The notes under the pieces: generated by a model
Told to the model about the DNA's origin: nothing
What the model saw: the letters and a program-made list of their open reading frames with translations, nothing else
Database searches by the model: none
Shown here: positions 11,790 to 25,774 of the stretch, piece by piece
Position numbering within the stretch: position 1 is the stretch's first letter
Layout of the letters: each line of letters begins with the position of its first letter
Made by a program: the position numbers and the translations under genes
Assembly: GCF_006345805.1 (NCBI RefSeq)
Contig: NC_043003.1
Location: forward strand, 10,974,001-11,038,000
Length of the DNA stretch: 64,000 nt
Source of the DNA: Octopus sinensis
Lineage: Eukaryota
Reading direction: 5' to 3'

Positions 11790-12176
11790 CACACGTTTGT
11801 GTGTGTGTGTGTGTGGTTGTGTGTGTGTGTGTGTGGTGTGTGCGTGTGTGTTGTGTGTGTGTATGTGTTGTGTGTGTGTTGTGTGTGTGTGTGTGTTGTG
11901 TGTGTGTGTGTGTGCGTGTGTGTTGTGGTGTGTATGTGTTGTGTGTGTTGTTGTGTGTGTGTGTTGTGTGTGTTGTGTGTCTGCGTTGTTGTGTGTGTGT
12001 ATGTGTTGTGTGTGTTGTGTGTGTGTTGTGTGTGTGTGTGGTGTGTGTGTTCTGTGTGTGTGTGTGTGTGTGTTGTGTGTGTGTGTGTTCTGTGTGTGTG
12101 TTGTGTGTGTGTGTGTTCTGTGTGTGTGTGTGTGTTCTGTGTGTGTGTGGGTTTGTGTGTGTTGTGGTGTGTTGTG

Positions 12177-12213
<37 letters not shown>

Positions 12214-12391
12214 GTGTGTGTTGTCTGTGTGTGTGTTGTGTGCGTGTGTGTTGTGTGTGTGTATGTGTTGTGGTGTGTTGTGTGTGTGTGGGTGTGGTGT
12301 GTGTGGTTCTGTGTGTGTGTGTGTGTGTGTGTGTTGTGTGTTGTGTGTGTTATGTGTGTTGTGGTGTGTGTGTGTGTTGTGTGTGTGTGTG

Positions 12392-12423
<32 letters not shown>

Positions 12424-12435
12424 TGTGTGTGTGCC
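11790..12435. repeat. Irregular (TG)n microsatellite
   Basis: About 650 bp of TG units with frequent extra T or G bases. Confidence 0.95.
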
Positions 12436-12683
12436 TGCGAATACGATACATTTGAAATGAGACTGAAGAATTAAAAAGATTAGGTCACTTTTCACTTCAC
12501 TTCAGAATCTGGAAATGTTTGTTTTAGATTCAAAGAAAATGGAATTGAGAGGAAAAGCATTGAGGGGAGACAAAGAATCTTGCAAACCAATTCCTGAAAC
12601 AAAAACATAAACAAATAAACAATGAATGAAAAATAAGATAAATAAATAAATAAATATTAAGAAACATCAGAAAAAGTGAATTT

Positions 12684-14155
12684 TGTATGTATGTATGTGT
12701 GTGTGTATGTATGAGTGTGTGTGTGTATGTATGTGTGCATGTATGTAGGTATGTGTGAGTGTGTGTGTGTATATATATATATATACATGTGTGTATGTGT
12801 GTATGTATGTGTGCAAGTATGTATGAGTGTGTGTGTGTGTAAGTATGTGTGCATGTATGTAGGTATGTGTGAGTGTGTATATATATATACATGTGTGTGT
12901 GTATGTATGAATGTGTGCAAGTATGTATGAGTGTGTGTGTGTATGTATGTGTGCATGTATGTAGGTATGTGTGAGTGTGTGTATATATATATATATATAT
13001 ATACATGTGTGTGTGTGTATGTATGTATGTGTGCAAGTATGTATGAGTGTGTGTGTGTATGTATGTGTGCATGTATGTAGGTATGTGTGAGTGTGTGTAT
13101 ATATTATATATATACATGTTTGTATGCAAGTGTGTATATATATATATGTGTGTGTGAGTGTGTGTATGTATGTATGTATGTATGTATGTGTGTGTATGTA
13201 TGTATGTGTGCAAGTATGTATGAGTGTGTGTGTGTATGTATGTGTGCATGTATGTAGGTATGTGTGAGTGTGTGCATATATATAATATATATCTATATAT
13301 ATATATATACATGTGTGTGTGTATATGTATGTATATATATGTGTGTGTATGTATGTATGTATGTATGTATGTATGTATGTGCACGTGTATATATGTGTGT
13401 GTATATATATGCATGTGCATACGTATGTATATGAGTATGTGTATGTATGCATGTGTGTGTGTTTTGTGTATAGATATGTGCGTGTGTATGTATGTGCATG
13501 TGTATATATGTGTCCGTGTGTATGTATATGTGTGTATGTATGTATATATATATGTATGTGTATGTGCGTATGTATGTATGTGTATGTATGTGTATGTATG
13601 TGTATGTATGATGCATATGTGTGTGAGTGTGTGTATGTATGTGTGTATATATGTGCATGTATGTATGTATATGTGTGTGAATGTGTGTATGTATATATAT
13701 ATATGTATATGTGTATGTATGTATGTATGCATGTGTATATATGTGTGTGTATGTATGCATATGTGTGTGTATGTATGTGTGTATGTGTGTATATGTGTTT
13801 CTATGTATGTATATGTGTGTGAGTGTGTGTATATATGTGTGTGTATGCATGTATGCCTGTATGTATGTATATGTGTGTGAGTATGTATAGATATGTATGT
13901 GCATGTATAAGTGTATGTGTATGTATTGTATATATGCATACATCTATATGTATATACGTACATGTGTGTATACAAATATATTAAGTATACATATATACAT
14001 TTATAAGCATGTATATGCACACACTCACATATATATGCATATGTATGCATATCTATATATGCATGTTTATGTATACTTATATATCTCAGTGTGTGTATAT
14101 ATTATATATGTATGTATAAAGTATATATATATAATATATACATAATATATATACA

Positions 14156-14199
<44 letters not shown>

Positions 14200-14400
14200 C
14201 GTATATCTATGTGTGTGTCTATATATGTGTATATATGTGTAATATGTATATATATGCCATATGTATATGTGTATATATATATGTAATATATATATATATA
14301 ATATATATATTATATAATATATATAATATATCTATATATTATATTTACGCATGTGTGTATATGTAAATAACTATATATACATATGTGTGTGTGTGTGTGT
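12684..14400. repeat. Compound (TG)/(TATG)/(TA) satellite with a ~115-125-bp higher-order unit in 12700-13270
   Basis: Landmarks gtgcatgtatgtaggtatgtgtgagtg and gtgcaagtatgtatgagtg alternate 4-5 times. Confidence 0.85.
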
Positions 14401-14657
14401 GGTGAGCCCCTGTTATTTGTTTATTCCGTGCAGACGCAGTGCTTGGCATCTTCTTCTAAAACTTGAAGATAAGAAACTGGATAGCAACAATGTATTTCGG
14501 AATCGTGTTTCAGGCAAAACTCCAAAAATATAAATCCATGGTTGTAAATTCTGGTTAAACTTATTGCTAGAATGTAACAGAGAGGGGTTGGAAAGGGCTG
14601 GAAATATAAGTTGGTGCTTGTAATATATGTATATATATATATATATATACATGCATC

Positions 14658-14697
<40 letters not shown>

Positions 14698-14737
14698 GTA
14701 TTATATATATATTATATGTATGGGTATATATATATAG

Positions 14738-14768
<31 letters not shown>

Positions 14769-14771
14769 GTA

Positions 14772-14828
<57 letters not shown>

Positions 14829-14978
14829 TATACATATTTAATGAACATGTTATTATATATATGTATATATATCTATGTGTATATATATATAAATATATAG
14901 CTGCGTGTGTATGTGTGTATGGGGTGGTGTAATCATTTAAGAGGGTGTCGGACATGATGAGTTAAGTCATCGCAGTGG

Positions 14979-15025
<47 letters not shown>

Positions 15026-15269
15026 GTGTTGATGTTGGCACCACTTCCAACAAATGGAATTGTGGATATGTTGCCACCGGTCATAAAGTTTGAAAATAAT
15101 TCCTGCTGTGACAGCAGAGTCAACACACATCAGACCAAAAGACTAGAATCATCTCTTCTAAGTACATGGACGTGCCAGGTCAATGGCCTTAGTCCTGCAA
15201 CAAGTCAACCATATCTCAACATTGACAAATACAGGTCTACCAAATACTATACAACAGCAGATTCGGTCC

Positions 15270-15488
15270 TACTGCATAACACCTTGGACAAGTGTCTTCT
15301 ACTGCAGCCTCTGGCCGACTAAAGCCTCGTGAGTAGATTTGGTGCATGGAAACTGAAAGAAGCCTGTTGTATGTATGCATATATGTATATATATATATTT
15401 ATTTATTACATTATTGTCTGACAGTGCGTTCGCGTCAGGGTCGATTCGATTCGTCGTTTCGTCCCACTTCCCTTCCTCCCAGTTTTGT

Positions 15489-15521
<33 letters not shown>

Positions 15522-15765
15522 GTGTGTGTGTCTTTGTGTCAGTATTTGGTCCCCATCACTATCTGATAACAGGTGTTGGTTTGTTTACATCCCTATAACT
15601 TAGTGGTTCAACAAAAGCGACTGACAGAATAAATACCGGGTTAAAAAAAATAAAAGGGAAGTGCTGGGATCGATTTGCTTGACGAAAATTCTTCAAGATA
15701 GTGCCCCAGCATGGCCACAGTCTAATGAGTGAAACAATCAAAAGATACAAAATAAAAAAGATAAA
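15270..15765 (+). mobile_element. SINE family C with internal (TA)/(TG) tract
   Basis: caccttggacaagtgtcttctac...ggaaactgaaagaagcc, then microsatellite, then taacttagtggttc...gtgccccagcatggccacagtc. Similar copies at 18280-18795, 47990-48315(-), 48340-48690, 57810-57960(-) and 60840-61085. Confidence 0.8.
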
Positions 15766-17193
15766 ATGTTAATTAAGACCTTCTCCACTTGAGAAATGGA
15801 GATAATATTTCAGGAAACAAGAATTCTCCGATGTCGACATGCCATTAAGGAAAAGGACAAGTTTATTGTCTGCAAATAAGGGGACAGTTGAGGACATGCG
15901 TTTGCAGCACAATACCTTTGTCAACATGACAATTGCCTGCCCTTGTTTCTAGTAATGAAATTAATTATGGCTTAAGTAATTTGCATAATTTAAACAAAAT
16001 TAAGTTAAGAGTGACCAGTGGGCATGTAGTATTTGAATAATGTAATGCAGGTATATCAAATACCATATAACAAAAATTCTCGCCTTACTGGCACTTGTAC
16101 CCGTGCTAGTAGGGTGCCAAGAGCACCATCCAAGCGTGATCGTTGCCAGAGGGTAGCATTCGTGAGTGATCGTTACCAGCATTGCCTTACTGGCACCTGT
16201 GCCGGTGGCATGTGTAAAAAAGATTTGAGTGAGGTCATTGCCAGTACCGCCTGACTAGCCTCCGTGCAGGTGGCACGCAAAAAGCACCCACTACACTCGC
16301 AGAGTGGTTGGCGTTAGGAAGGGCATCCAGCTGTAGAAACTCTGCCAGATCAAGATTTGAGCCTGGTGCAGCTATCTGGTTCACCAGCCCTCAGTCAAAA
16401 TCGTCCAACCCATGCTAGCATGGAAAGCGGACATTAGACGATGATGATGATGATGATGATGATTAAAATTGTCTCCATTTGTAGAGAGAGTCTCATAAAC
16501 ACCAAATGGCAATTATGACCTGATCCACCTGCAAAGGGGACATAATGTCAAGATATATGAATTTTCCAAAAGCTGACATGCTTTTAAAGTAAAAGGATAG
16601 GCTTATTGTGTGGAGATAAGAGGACAGTCATGGCCATGTGTTACTGACTCAATGGCCATCATCAGGACAGCAATTGTCTGATTTTATCTCCAGTAACCAA
16701 AGGATTTGGACTTATCCAAAAAAGGGAGTGGCTTTAGTTTAGTCCTAAGGAAAGTGAGATATAACCATGTTTCTGAGACTCTTGAGATGTGACAGAATGT
16801 ATGCATTCTTTTCATACTGCAGTACAGGTTGCATTCATAGAAGAGAAGTGCAAACATCCATGTACCTACAAGTCACCTGATGATTGTTGCTGTTATTGTT
16901 GTTGCACCCAAGGTCCACAACAATAAGTGACACTCATCTATGACTATCACATGAAATGAAGGTGATACAACAGTTACACACACACTCACACACACGATGC
17001 ATCTCTTTCAGTTTCCATCCACCAAGTTCACTCACAAGGCTTCTGTCAACCCAGGGTTATAGCAGAAGACATTCACCCAAGATGCCACGTGCCAGGACTG
17101 AACCTGAGACCATATTGTGAAGGAGCAAGCTTCTTTTATTCATTAAATTGGCCACAAGGCCATAAGAAAAGAAGCTGCGGGCTGGACAAGGAC

Positions 17194-17224
<31 letters not shown>

Positions 17225-17225
<1 letters not shown>

Positions 17226-17415
17226 TGTGTATAGTGCTCAGGTGCACTACAACTCATCTAAAGTGTATATATAATCAGGTGTAGTTTCGGCGGATTTCGG
17301 AAAGCATGAGGGCCTTAAAGATGCAGTGTCATGGCTCACAACTGATGCAGGCAGTTTATTCCATGCTTCAGTTCAGCGTGAAAAATGTTTCCGAAAGTCA
17401 TGGGAGCTGTGTTGT
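17225..17415 (-). pseudogene. CR1-like LINE 3' end relic
   Basis: Minus strand gives QHSSHDFRKHF, EAWNKLPASVVS and MLSEIRRNYT* across frameshifts, then a short UTR and a (TTA)n tail. Confidence 0.65.
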
Positions 17416-18949
17416 AATGAGATGAATGATATAAAATATGATAATAATGAGGGCAGCAGCAATGCCCGCCGATTGCTGTTTATCCGAGCACATTGTTCTT
17501 TATAAATATCATACTGAGGCAACAAACCTCTTACATAGTAAAACGTCAAGGAGGCAACAGACCCCTTACATTTATGACATAAAAAGGAGCAAGCTTCTTA
17601 CCACACAACCATACCCGCATTTGCATATTTTTTACTCTCTACCTCATTACTGGCCAGGGCATGGAACTCTCTGCTTTAAATTCATTTAGTTTTTAACTCT
17701 AAATGCTTTATTAAAAAGAAACAAAACATAACAACAGCTTCCAAACTCCTCTAAATCTCATATTCAAATACAACTTTACATCAGGCACGTTCATATTAAT
17801 TTAATGTGACAGTTAAACCAACATGATTTATAAATGTAATTAACAGATCAAACTCGTTATTAAAACTAACCTTCTTCATATTACCACATGTGATGTATTA
17901 ATTTCAGGAAAATCTGCCACAGAAAACCAAAAGCATACAATACAGCTGTTTCTTATCATAATATTAAAATGTTTATTCTTAATTTAAGAGTTTCTTGCCT
18001 TCGTCTAGTCTTATCCCTAATTTAAAAGCTGCAGGCACAATCGTTAACACGTCACAAAAAATGTTTGGCAGCATTTCATTCACCTGTATGTTCTGAGTTC
18101 AAATCCTGCTGAGGTCAACTTTGCTTTGTCTTGCATACTTTCAGAGTTGATAAAATAAGTACCAGTTAAATACTGGGGTCAATGTAATTGAGTAGCCCCA
18201 CCCTCTTCGCAAAAATTTCAAGTTGAGTGCCTATATAAGGATTATTATTAATTAATTAATTTATTTATTTATTATTTGTTGGCATGGTTGTATGGTCAAG
18301 AAGTTTGTTTTGCAACCACGTGGTTTCAGTTTCAATCCCACTTCGTGGCACCCTGGGCAAGTCTCTTCTATTATAGCCTCAGGCTGACCAAAGCCTTCTG
18401 AATGGAACCATTTCGAAGCTGTTGTATGTATAGATTTATATGTTTATGTGTGTTTATGTGCATGTGTGCATATGTCTACACACTCCCATATGTGTGTGTG
18501 TGTGTGCATGAGCCTGTGTATGTATGTATGTATCTATATGTATATGCATGCATCTATATGTATATGTATGTGTGTGTTTTTGTGTATCATTGTGTTTGTC
18601 ACCCCCACCACTTAATAACCAGTATCGGTTTGTTTACGTCTCTGTGACTTAGTGGTTCAGCAAAAGACACTGATAGAGTTAAGTACCAGACTTTAAAAAA
18701 AAAGTAGTACGGTTGATTTGTTCGCCTAAAACCCTTCAAGGTGGTGCCCCAGCATGGCCACAGTTCAATGACTGAAACAAGTAAAAGATAGATAAATGAT
18801 GTCAGCACTCGGCCTTTCCAGCATTTATTTGTGCCAGTGTTACATATCTGGCACCCATAACTGGTGGCACATAAAAGGCATCCTTCAAACTTTGGGTCTC
18901 ATGGAGGCAGTAACAAGTGATCAGGACCTTTGGCAATATACTGTGCTTT

Positions 18950-19392
18950 AAGGCGGTGAACTGGCAGAATCGTTAGCACACCGGGTAAAATGCTTAGCGG
19001 TATTTTGTCTGCCGCTATGTTCTGAGTTCAAATTCCACCGAGGTTGACTTTGCCTTTCATCCTTTCGGGGTAGATTGAATAAGTACCAGTTATGCACTGG
19101 GGTCAATATAATCAACTTAATCCGTTTGTCTGTCCTTGTTTGTCCTCTCTGTGTTTAGCCCCTTGTGAGTAGTAAAGAAATAGGTATTTCGTCTGTCTTT
19201 ACGTTCTGAGTTCAATTCCAGCGAGGTCCACTTTGCCTTTCATCCTTTTGGGTCGATAAAGTAAGTACCAGTTGTGTACTGGGGTCAATCTAATCGACTG
19301 GCCTCCTCCCCAAATTTTTGGGCTTTGTGCCTAGAGGAGAAAAAAATTAAAAGGCGGCGAGCTGGCAGAAACGTTAGCATGTCGGGCGAAAT
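18950..19392 (+). mobile_element. SINE family A dimer plus extra head
   Basis: aaggcggtgaactggcagaatcgttagc head, B-box gagttcaaattcc and core gcctttcatcctttcggggt..agtaccag (resembles the Meta/MESC-type SINE core, from recall). The body is repeated. Confidence 0.8.
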
Positions 19393-20644
19393 TCCCCCAA
19401 TACATTACTGTAAAATGATTGGGAAATCAACAGCAAAGGTGCAGGGTTTAAAGATATCTTTAACCTTGTCTTACCAAGGACTGTTCAACGTTTGTAGTGT
19501 TGGTGCCACGAGAAAATGTAATCCAGTACACTCTGTGAAGTGATTGGTACAAGAGGGGCATCCGATCTTAGAAACCAGATGAGATGATGCATAAAAACAT
19601 TTATGTTTGGGCACAAGAGGCTGCCAATAGGAGTTGGACATTGGTGACGTGTCCAACCCATGCAGACATAAAAGGATGGTGGTGATGGTGATGGTGTTGA
19701 TGATAAAGATGATGTTGATTCGTAACGGGTAGGAACTCTTTTCCAAGAAGATAAAGAATCATAAACTGGAGAGGAAGAAAGATATATTGGTGGTTGGTAT
19801 CATGACCATCATCCTTGCCATTCTCCTCCTCCTTCTTCTCCTCCGCCTCCTCCTCCTCCGCCTCCTCCTCCTCCTCCTCCTCCTCCTCATCATCATCACT
19901 ATCATGACTATCATCATCATTGTTGCCATCATCGTCATTATCCTCCTTATCATCCTTATCATCATCATCATCATCCTCATTGTTGTCATCGTCATCAGCC
20001 TCAGCAGTGGCAACAGCATCACTATCATCATTATCATCGTCATCATCATTGTTGTTCTTATCATCATTGTCATCATCAATCATCATCATCAGCGTTGTTA
20101 TGTACATCATGATCATCACTGTCATTGAGATCATCATTAACATCATCTTGATCATCATCATCATCATCATTATCATTACTGTCATCGTTATCATCATCAT
20201 CATCATCTCATCATCATAGACACTCCTTCTTTCTTAATCAATAGGTTCAATAATGCCAACCCAGCTTCTACAATCATTACCACCACCAACACCACCACTA
20301 CCACTGTCAGCACCACAAACACTACCACTACCACCACCGCCACCGCCACCACCACTAACACTATCACCACCACCACCCACCACCATCACCACCACCACTA
20401 CCCCCACTACATCTCCACCACTACCACCACCTCCCTACCACCATCCAGAACATTCTGTTTCACAGACTGTTCTGACAGGTTTAACTGTAACCAGCCAACC
20501 TCCCCATGCCCCCCACCCCTTAACATTAGTAAAAGACCAATCATTTCCAATGTGGACAGTCGGAGTTGAAGAATTTACTCAAGTGAGTCATTTATTCCAT
20601 TTCCACTGAGAGAATGGTGTCTTGTGATTCTAGAATCAACATGG

Positions 20645-21475
20645 AACCACACACACACACACCACACACACATACACATACACATACAATCACAGATACA
20701 CAGTAATGTGTGTACACATACGCATATATGCACAGTTACACACATGCAAAAACAGGCACACACTTACATATACACATACACATACATACATATACACATA
20801 CCTACACACACACTTGTACATGCAGTCATGCACACACACACATACACACACAAGCATGAAGACACACATACATAAACACACATGTACTTTCACACATGCT
20901 GACATACATACACAGACACGTGCATGAACACATGCACACACACATATACATATGCACACACACACACATACATACATGCACAAACTCAAACTCACACACA
21001 CATGCAAACACACACATGCAAACACACACATGCACACATACATACACATACCCACACATACACACTCATGCACATACACAAACGTATTTACACAAAATCA
21101 CACACACACACACACATACATACACACATAAACTTACACACATGTATACACACACACACACACAAACGCACTCACACACACAAACACATAGTGCACACAT
21201 GTATACACACATACATACACATACACACTCACACATACATACAGACACTCACACACACGTATACACACACACACAAACTCACGCACACACACACAAACAC
21301 ATATGCGCACACACACACATGCACACATACATAAACATACACAATCACACACATACAGACACTCACACACACGTATACACACACACATACACATACACAC
21401 ACATATACCCACACATATACACACACATATACCCACACATACACACACACACAAGCACACACAAACGCACACAAA
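20645..21475. repeat. Degenerate (CA)/(CATA) satellite
   Basis: Low-complexity CA-rich tract. Confidence 0.9.
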
Positions 21476-22799
21476 GGGTCTTCTCTCTGCAATGGAAGCA
21501 AACAGTTGCTAATGGCAACAGCAACATCTTGATGCTGTTGTTGTTGTTCTGATTCTTGTAGTCCTTTGTTGTTGTTGTTTTATTTCCTTGTTATTTTCTT
21601 TATTGTTTTTTTTATTTTGTTTTGATTTTCTTGTTCCTTCACCTTCTTGGTTCTTCTCCCTTCCATCTTACTCCCTTTTTTCTTTCCCTTCTTGTTTGTA
21701 TTTCCTCCTCTTCTTCTTCTTCTTCTTCCTCCTGCTTGTCATCATCATCACCATCAACATGGTCATCATCAACATCATCATCATCATTGTCTCTTACCAC
21801 CATCACCCTCACCAATGCCACAGCCATCACTACCACCGCCACCACCACCACCACTACCACCACCATCCTCATTGTCTTTTGCCACCATCACCACCACCAC
21901 CACCACCACCACCACCGCCACCACCACCATCATCATCATTATTGTCTTTTGCCACCATCACCACCACCACCACCACCACCACCACCGCCACCACCACCAT
22001 CATCATCATTATTGTCTTTTGCCACCATCACCACCAATGCCACCGCCACCACCACCACTACCACCACCATCCTCATTGTCTTTTGCCACCATCACCATCA
22101 TCGTTGTCTTTTGCCACCACCACCACCACCACCACCATCACCACCACCACCACCACCACCACCACCACCACCATCATCATCATCGTTGTCTTTTGCCACC
22201 ACCACCACCACCATTGTCTCTGTGATCTTTGTAGTTGACATTGTCCTCTTTGTTGTTCCTTTGTTAACATTTTATTTCCAGTTTTTCTTTCTTTTTATTC
22301 TTTTTTACTTCATCCTTTTTTTTATTTGCTATTTTTTTTGCTTGAGTAGCCTGTTGCTATAATGTTTTTCTTATTACTGTTGCTGACGTTGCTCATCTTT
22401 AGCGCCCCCCCCCCGCTTACCCCTCTTTCCATAAAAGTATAAATAAACAAGTGCATTTGTACAGACTTGAGTGAAGATGGGAAACAATGAATGTTTAACC
22501 AAGGAACAGGATTCACTCTATCAGTGGTGAAACGGTACCCCTAAAACCCCACTGGATTATGGGTACTTATCTGGGGTTCTCACAGGTGTAGCAAAAACAG
22601 TGACTGAAATATCACTGCTGTTACAATTTGAGCGTTGAATTGCCACTGATGAAGCGCAAGGATACAGAAATACGCATTTGATGATTATCGTCTGCTGCAG
22701 ATATATTTCTGGGTTTTTTAACCCTGTATGTTTATAAGAGTTGCTTTCTCTGGATAAGTTGAAGAAAACCCCAGTTAATTAGGTTTTCCATGTTGTATC

Positions 22800-23520
22800 T
22801 GCTATAAGTACTAGTTTAAATTAGCAATCTACATCAGCTTCCCCAGATTGTTTGGGGTATTGTCCATGCAATGGTTTCCCTTGCCCCAGTCTTGAAATTT
22901 CCTACAAGCTTTATTTTGGCTTTTGTTTCACAGTTTTGTGCTGCCTTAATGGATGGTGTGTCCTCCTTATCATCGTCATAATTAGAGAGATTAAGCTCTC
23001 ATCTATATTTATATACTTCCTTTGAGATTGAGTACAATTTCTTACTCTGTTCATGTTGCCTTACCAGTTGTATAATCCAGTCAGTGTTATTTCAGATGTA
23101 CACCTGAAGTCCTTTCATGGTCATTTTATAGGATATTTCAAGCTGGATTAAGCCTCTGCCACCTTCCTTTCAGGGGAGATAGAGCCTATGGACGCCTGAT
23201 TTTGAGTGGCACATCCTGTTTAGTGTCAGGGTTTTCTGGCCTTTAATGTCCATATGCTGGAGATCACTCAGATGGCAGTTGATGACATTAAGGCTATACT
23301 GGACAACTGGTACCGCCAGAGAGTTCATAGCTGTAATTCTATTCTGAGAATTCAGCTCAGGATTCAGGACCATTCTGATACATCTATGATACTCTTTTCT
23401 AATCTCTTTCATTGTTCTGTGTCAAATCTCTTTCCCTTTGTGTATCACAAGATACTTATAAAAGCCTTCTTGGTCTGTGTCCTTGATAGATCTATCATAC
23501 TTAAGTTGGGTCATGATATT
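22800..23520 (-). pseudogene. R4/Dong-like LINE relic (post-RT region)
   Basis: ORF 23170-23412 (KEIRKEYHRCIRMVLNPELNSQNRITAMNSLAVPVVQYS...HRLYLP) is homologous to the 36618-37838 ORF. Confidence 0.8.
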
Positions 23521-23550
23521 AGCTGTAATTATTATCGTTATTATTATTAT

Positions 23551-24097
23551 TCTATGTTTGACTTTTGCTTCACATTTGTACAAATTGGCTCCAAGTCTCA
23601 CCCAGAGACCTCACGAAACGACAAGTTAAGAAGTTCATGCTGGTGTTATGCCTAGGGTGCCATATATTTGATTTTGTACATAGTGTTGTTTTAGAGAATG
23701 TTTAAGAAAACATAAGAAAATTATGTTTGTTTTAAAACTTGAGATTACATAGAAAGTATTTTGCATAGGATATGAGCACTATCTTTTGAATTTCTGCCAT
23801 TTTGGGGTTTCCTGGTATCTGAGCTAGGTAGCAATCATCCCCTTTTGCTATCATTCCAATGGCACCTATGACAACAGGTATTGTTTTAGTCTTCAGGTTC
23901 CACATTTTGCTAATTTCTATTTCAAGATCTTTATATTTGTTCAGTTTTTGGAAGGTCTTGACAGATACATTTATATCGATTGGAACAGTCATATCAATGA
24001 GGAGGCATGTTTTTTGTCTGAAGTCTTTCAATATGATGTCTGGTCTATTTGCATCTATTTTTCTGTCAGTTTAAATGGTGAAGTTCCAGAGGAGTGT
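23551..24097 (-). mobile_element. R4/Dong-like LINE 3' fragment (restriction-like endonuclease plus 3'UTR)
   Basis: RPDI upstream of ORF 23732-24031 (LLIDMTVP...KLNKYKDL...PVVIGAIG); (TTA)n on both sides. Confidence 0.85.
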
Positions 24098-24109
24098 ATT
24101 ATTATTATT

Positions 24110-25160
24110 TGATGAAAAACACTCAGCTTATTTTACTGGGTATGATGGAAAGTGTCAGCTGTCAACAGCCAGAAGACTAAAGTGACACTTGTTTACTGGT
24201 CATGCTTCAAGAAAACTGCAAAGAATTCTTGCAGTTCCAAGCAATGCTGATTTTTGTAGGTGTTCTAACTTCACACTTGCACCAATCTTTTTCAGCCATA
24301 TTGATAGTTGAGTGCTGATACTTCCAAGTGCACCATTTACTATTGGTATCACGTCTACTTTCTTCATTGACCACAACCTTTGTATTTCCCACTTCAAATC
24401 GTCATAGCTGTTTATTTTTTCTTCTTCTTTCACATTGATCCTGTTGTCACCAGGACATGTCATATCGCTTATCATACATGTTCTTTCTTTTTTTATTCAC
24501 GACAACCATGTCTGGGTTATGATGTCTGGTCAGGGGATCGCACTGGATCATTGCACCCCACAAGATTTTGCAATTCTCATTCTTGGTAACCCCTTTTGAG
24601 GTTTTCTCATACCACGTCTTTTCCCTTTGTAGGCTGTGATTTCCACAGAGCTCCCAATAGATCATTCTTGCCAGATTGTAATGTCGTCTTTTGTATTCAC
24701 GTTGAGCCAATTTCAGGCATTTGCTAATGATGTACCATACCGTTTTACCCCTCTCGACATACATTCTGCATGTGTTGCTATTGGTAGTGTTGTCTATTCT
24801 GCACTTCATATAGTTGGTCCTTAATGCATGTTCTTGAGCTGCGCATATGAGTGCTTCTGTACCCCCCTTCAGGTCACTCCTCCTCATCCATAGCCACTGG
24901 TCCTCTGTATCTGTCTTGGCTTTCATATCTCTTGCAAACAGGTCATACATTTTTTTTCTTTCCATGCTGTTTCTTTTTTTATGTTGTTTTCTCTTTAATT
25001 TTTACTTTCTTTACACAATTCTCAACTTTGATGATGCCAAACATCTTCACATGTTTCAACAATGGTTCTATGGTATTTTTACATATTACCCTAAGCTGTT
25101 TTCCTCTGCTTTGATACAATCCTGGCAACTCATCAAAACTCTCCCACCCTTTCTTCTTCT
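24110..25160 (-). mobile_element. R4/Dong-like LINE 3' fragment (decayed CCHC knuckle plus REL domain)
   Basis: ORF 24447-24965 (ETEAL-like GTEALICAAQE, CRMY...ISKC, RRHYN, PDMVVV) and ORF 24200-24475 (ISDMTCP, KINSYDDL, IPIVNGALG, LQKSALLGTARIL); (TTA)n flanks. Confidence 0.85.
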
Positions 25161-25162
25161 TC

Positions 25163-25210
<48 letters not shown>

Positions 25211-25690
25211 CTTTTTTTCATTGATGTTTTTGCTCTGGCAGATGTTATACTGACATTGTACCAAAAGAGCAAGCTATATCAAATGGCCAAAGGTCCTCTG
25301 GGTCATTTCTTCTCATTCAACTTTGTAACACCCTCCTTAGGAGCCTTGCTTTTCCTAACAAGGCTGTTTCCTGTGACAACCCTGTCCCGGTGGTAAATCC
25401 TAGCTTCTCAAGCTATGCAGCCAACCTTTTCCAAACTGGGCACTGTGCACCAACCACAACTGGTACCACTTCTAAGTGCCTGATTCTCTATAGTTTCCTG
25501 ATTTCCTACTTCAGCTCTTGATATTTCTCCACTTTCTCACTTTCCTTCTCACTCACCCTGTGGTCCCATGGTGAAGTAATGTCCACAGTAATTCTGCTTT
25601 GTTCTTCTTTTCTCCGACAACAATGTCAGGTTTTCTAGCCACAATAAAACAGTCACATTGGACTGTCACATGTCCCACAAGACCATATAT
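25211..25690 (-). mobile_element. R4/Dong-like LINE 3' fragment, another subfamily
   Basis: Manual translation gives KPDIVV...VDITSPWDHRVSEKESEKVEKYQELK*...VVPVVVGA...TALLGKARLLRRVLQS*. Confidence 0.75.
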
Positions 25691-25699
25691 TGTTCATTT

Positions 25700-25752
<53 letters not shown>

Positions 25753-25774
25753 TTACTACTACTACTACTGCTAC

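Noticed and set aside
19601-22362. Poly-Asp/Glu, poly-Pro, poly-His and poly-Met ORFs (also 26.9-30.8, 32.6-33.3, 41.5-45.1, 53.6-54.1 and 62.7-63.6 kb)
   Set aside because: Trinucleotide-repeat tracts without splice-consistent complex coding sequence.
22640-22680. CTGATGA-A-GCG...CGC hammerhead-like start
   Set aside because: No GAAA follows the putative stem II and there is no stem I pairing.
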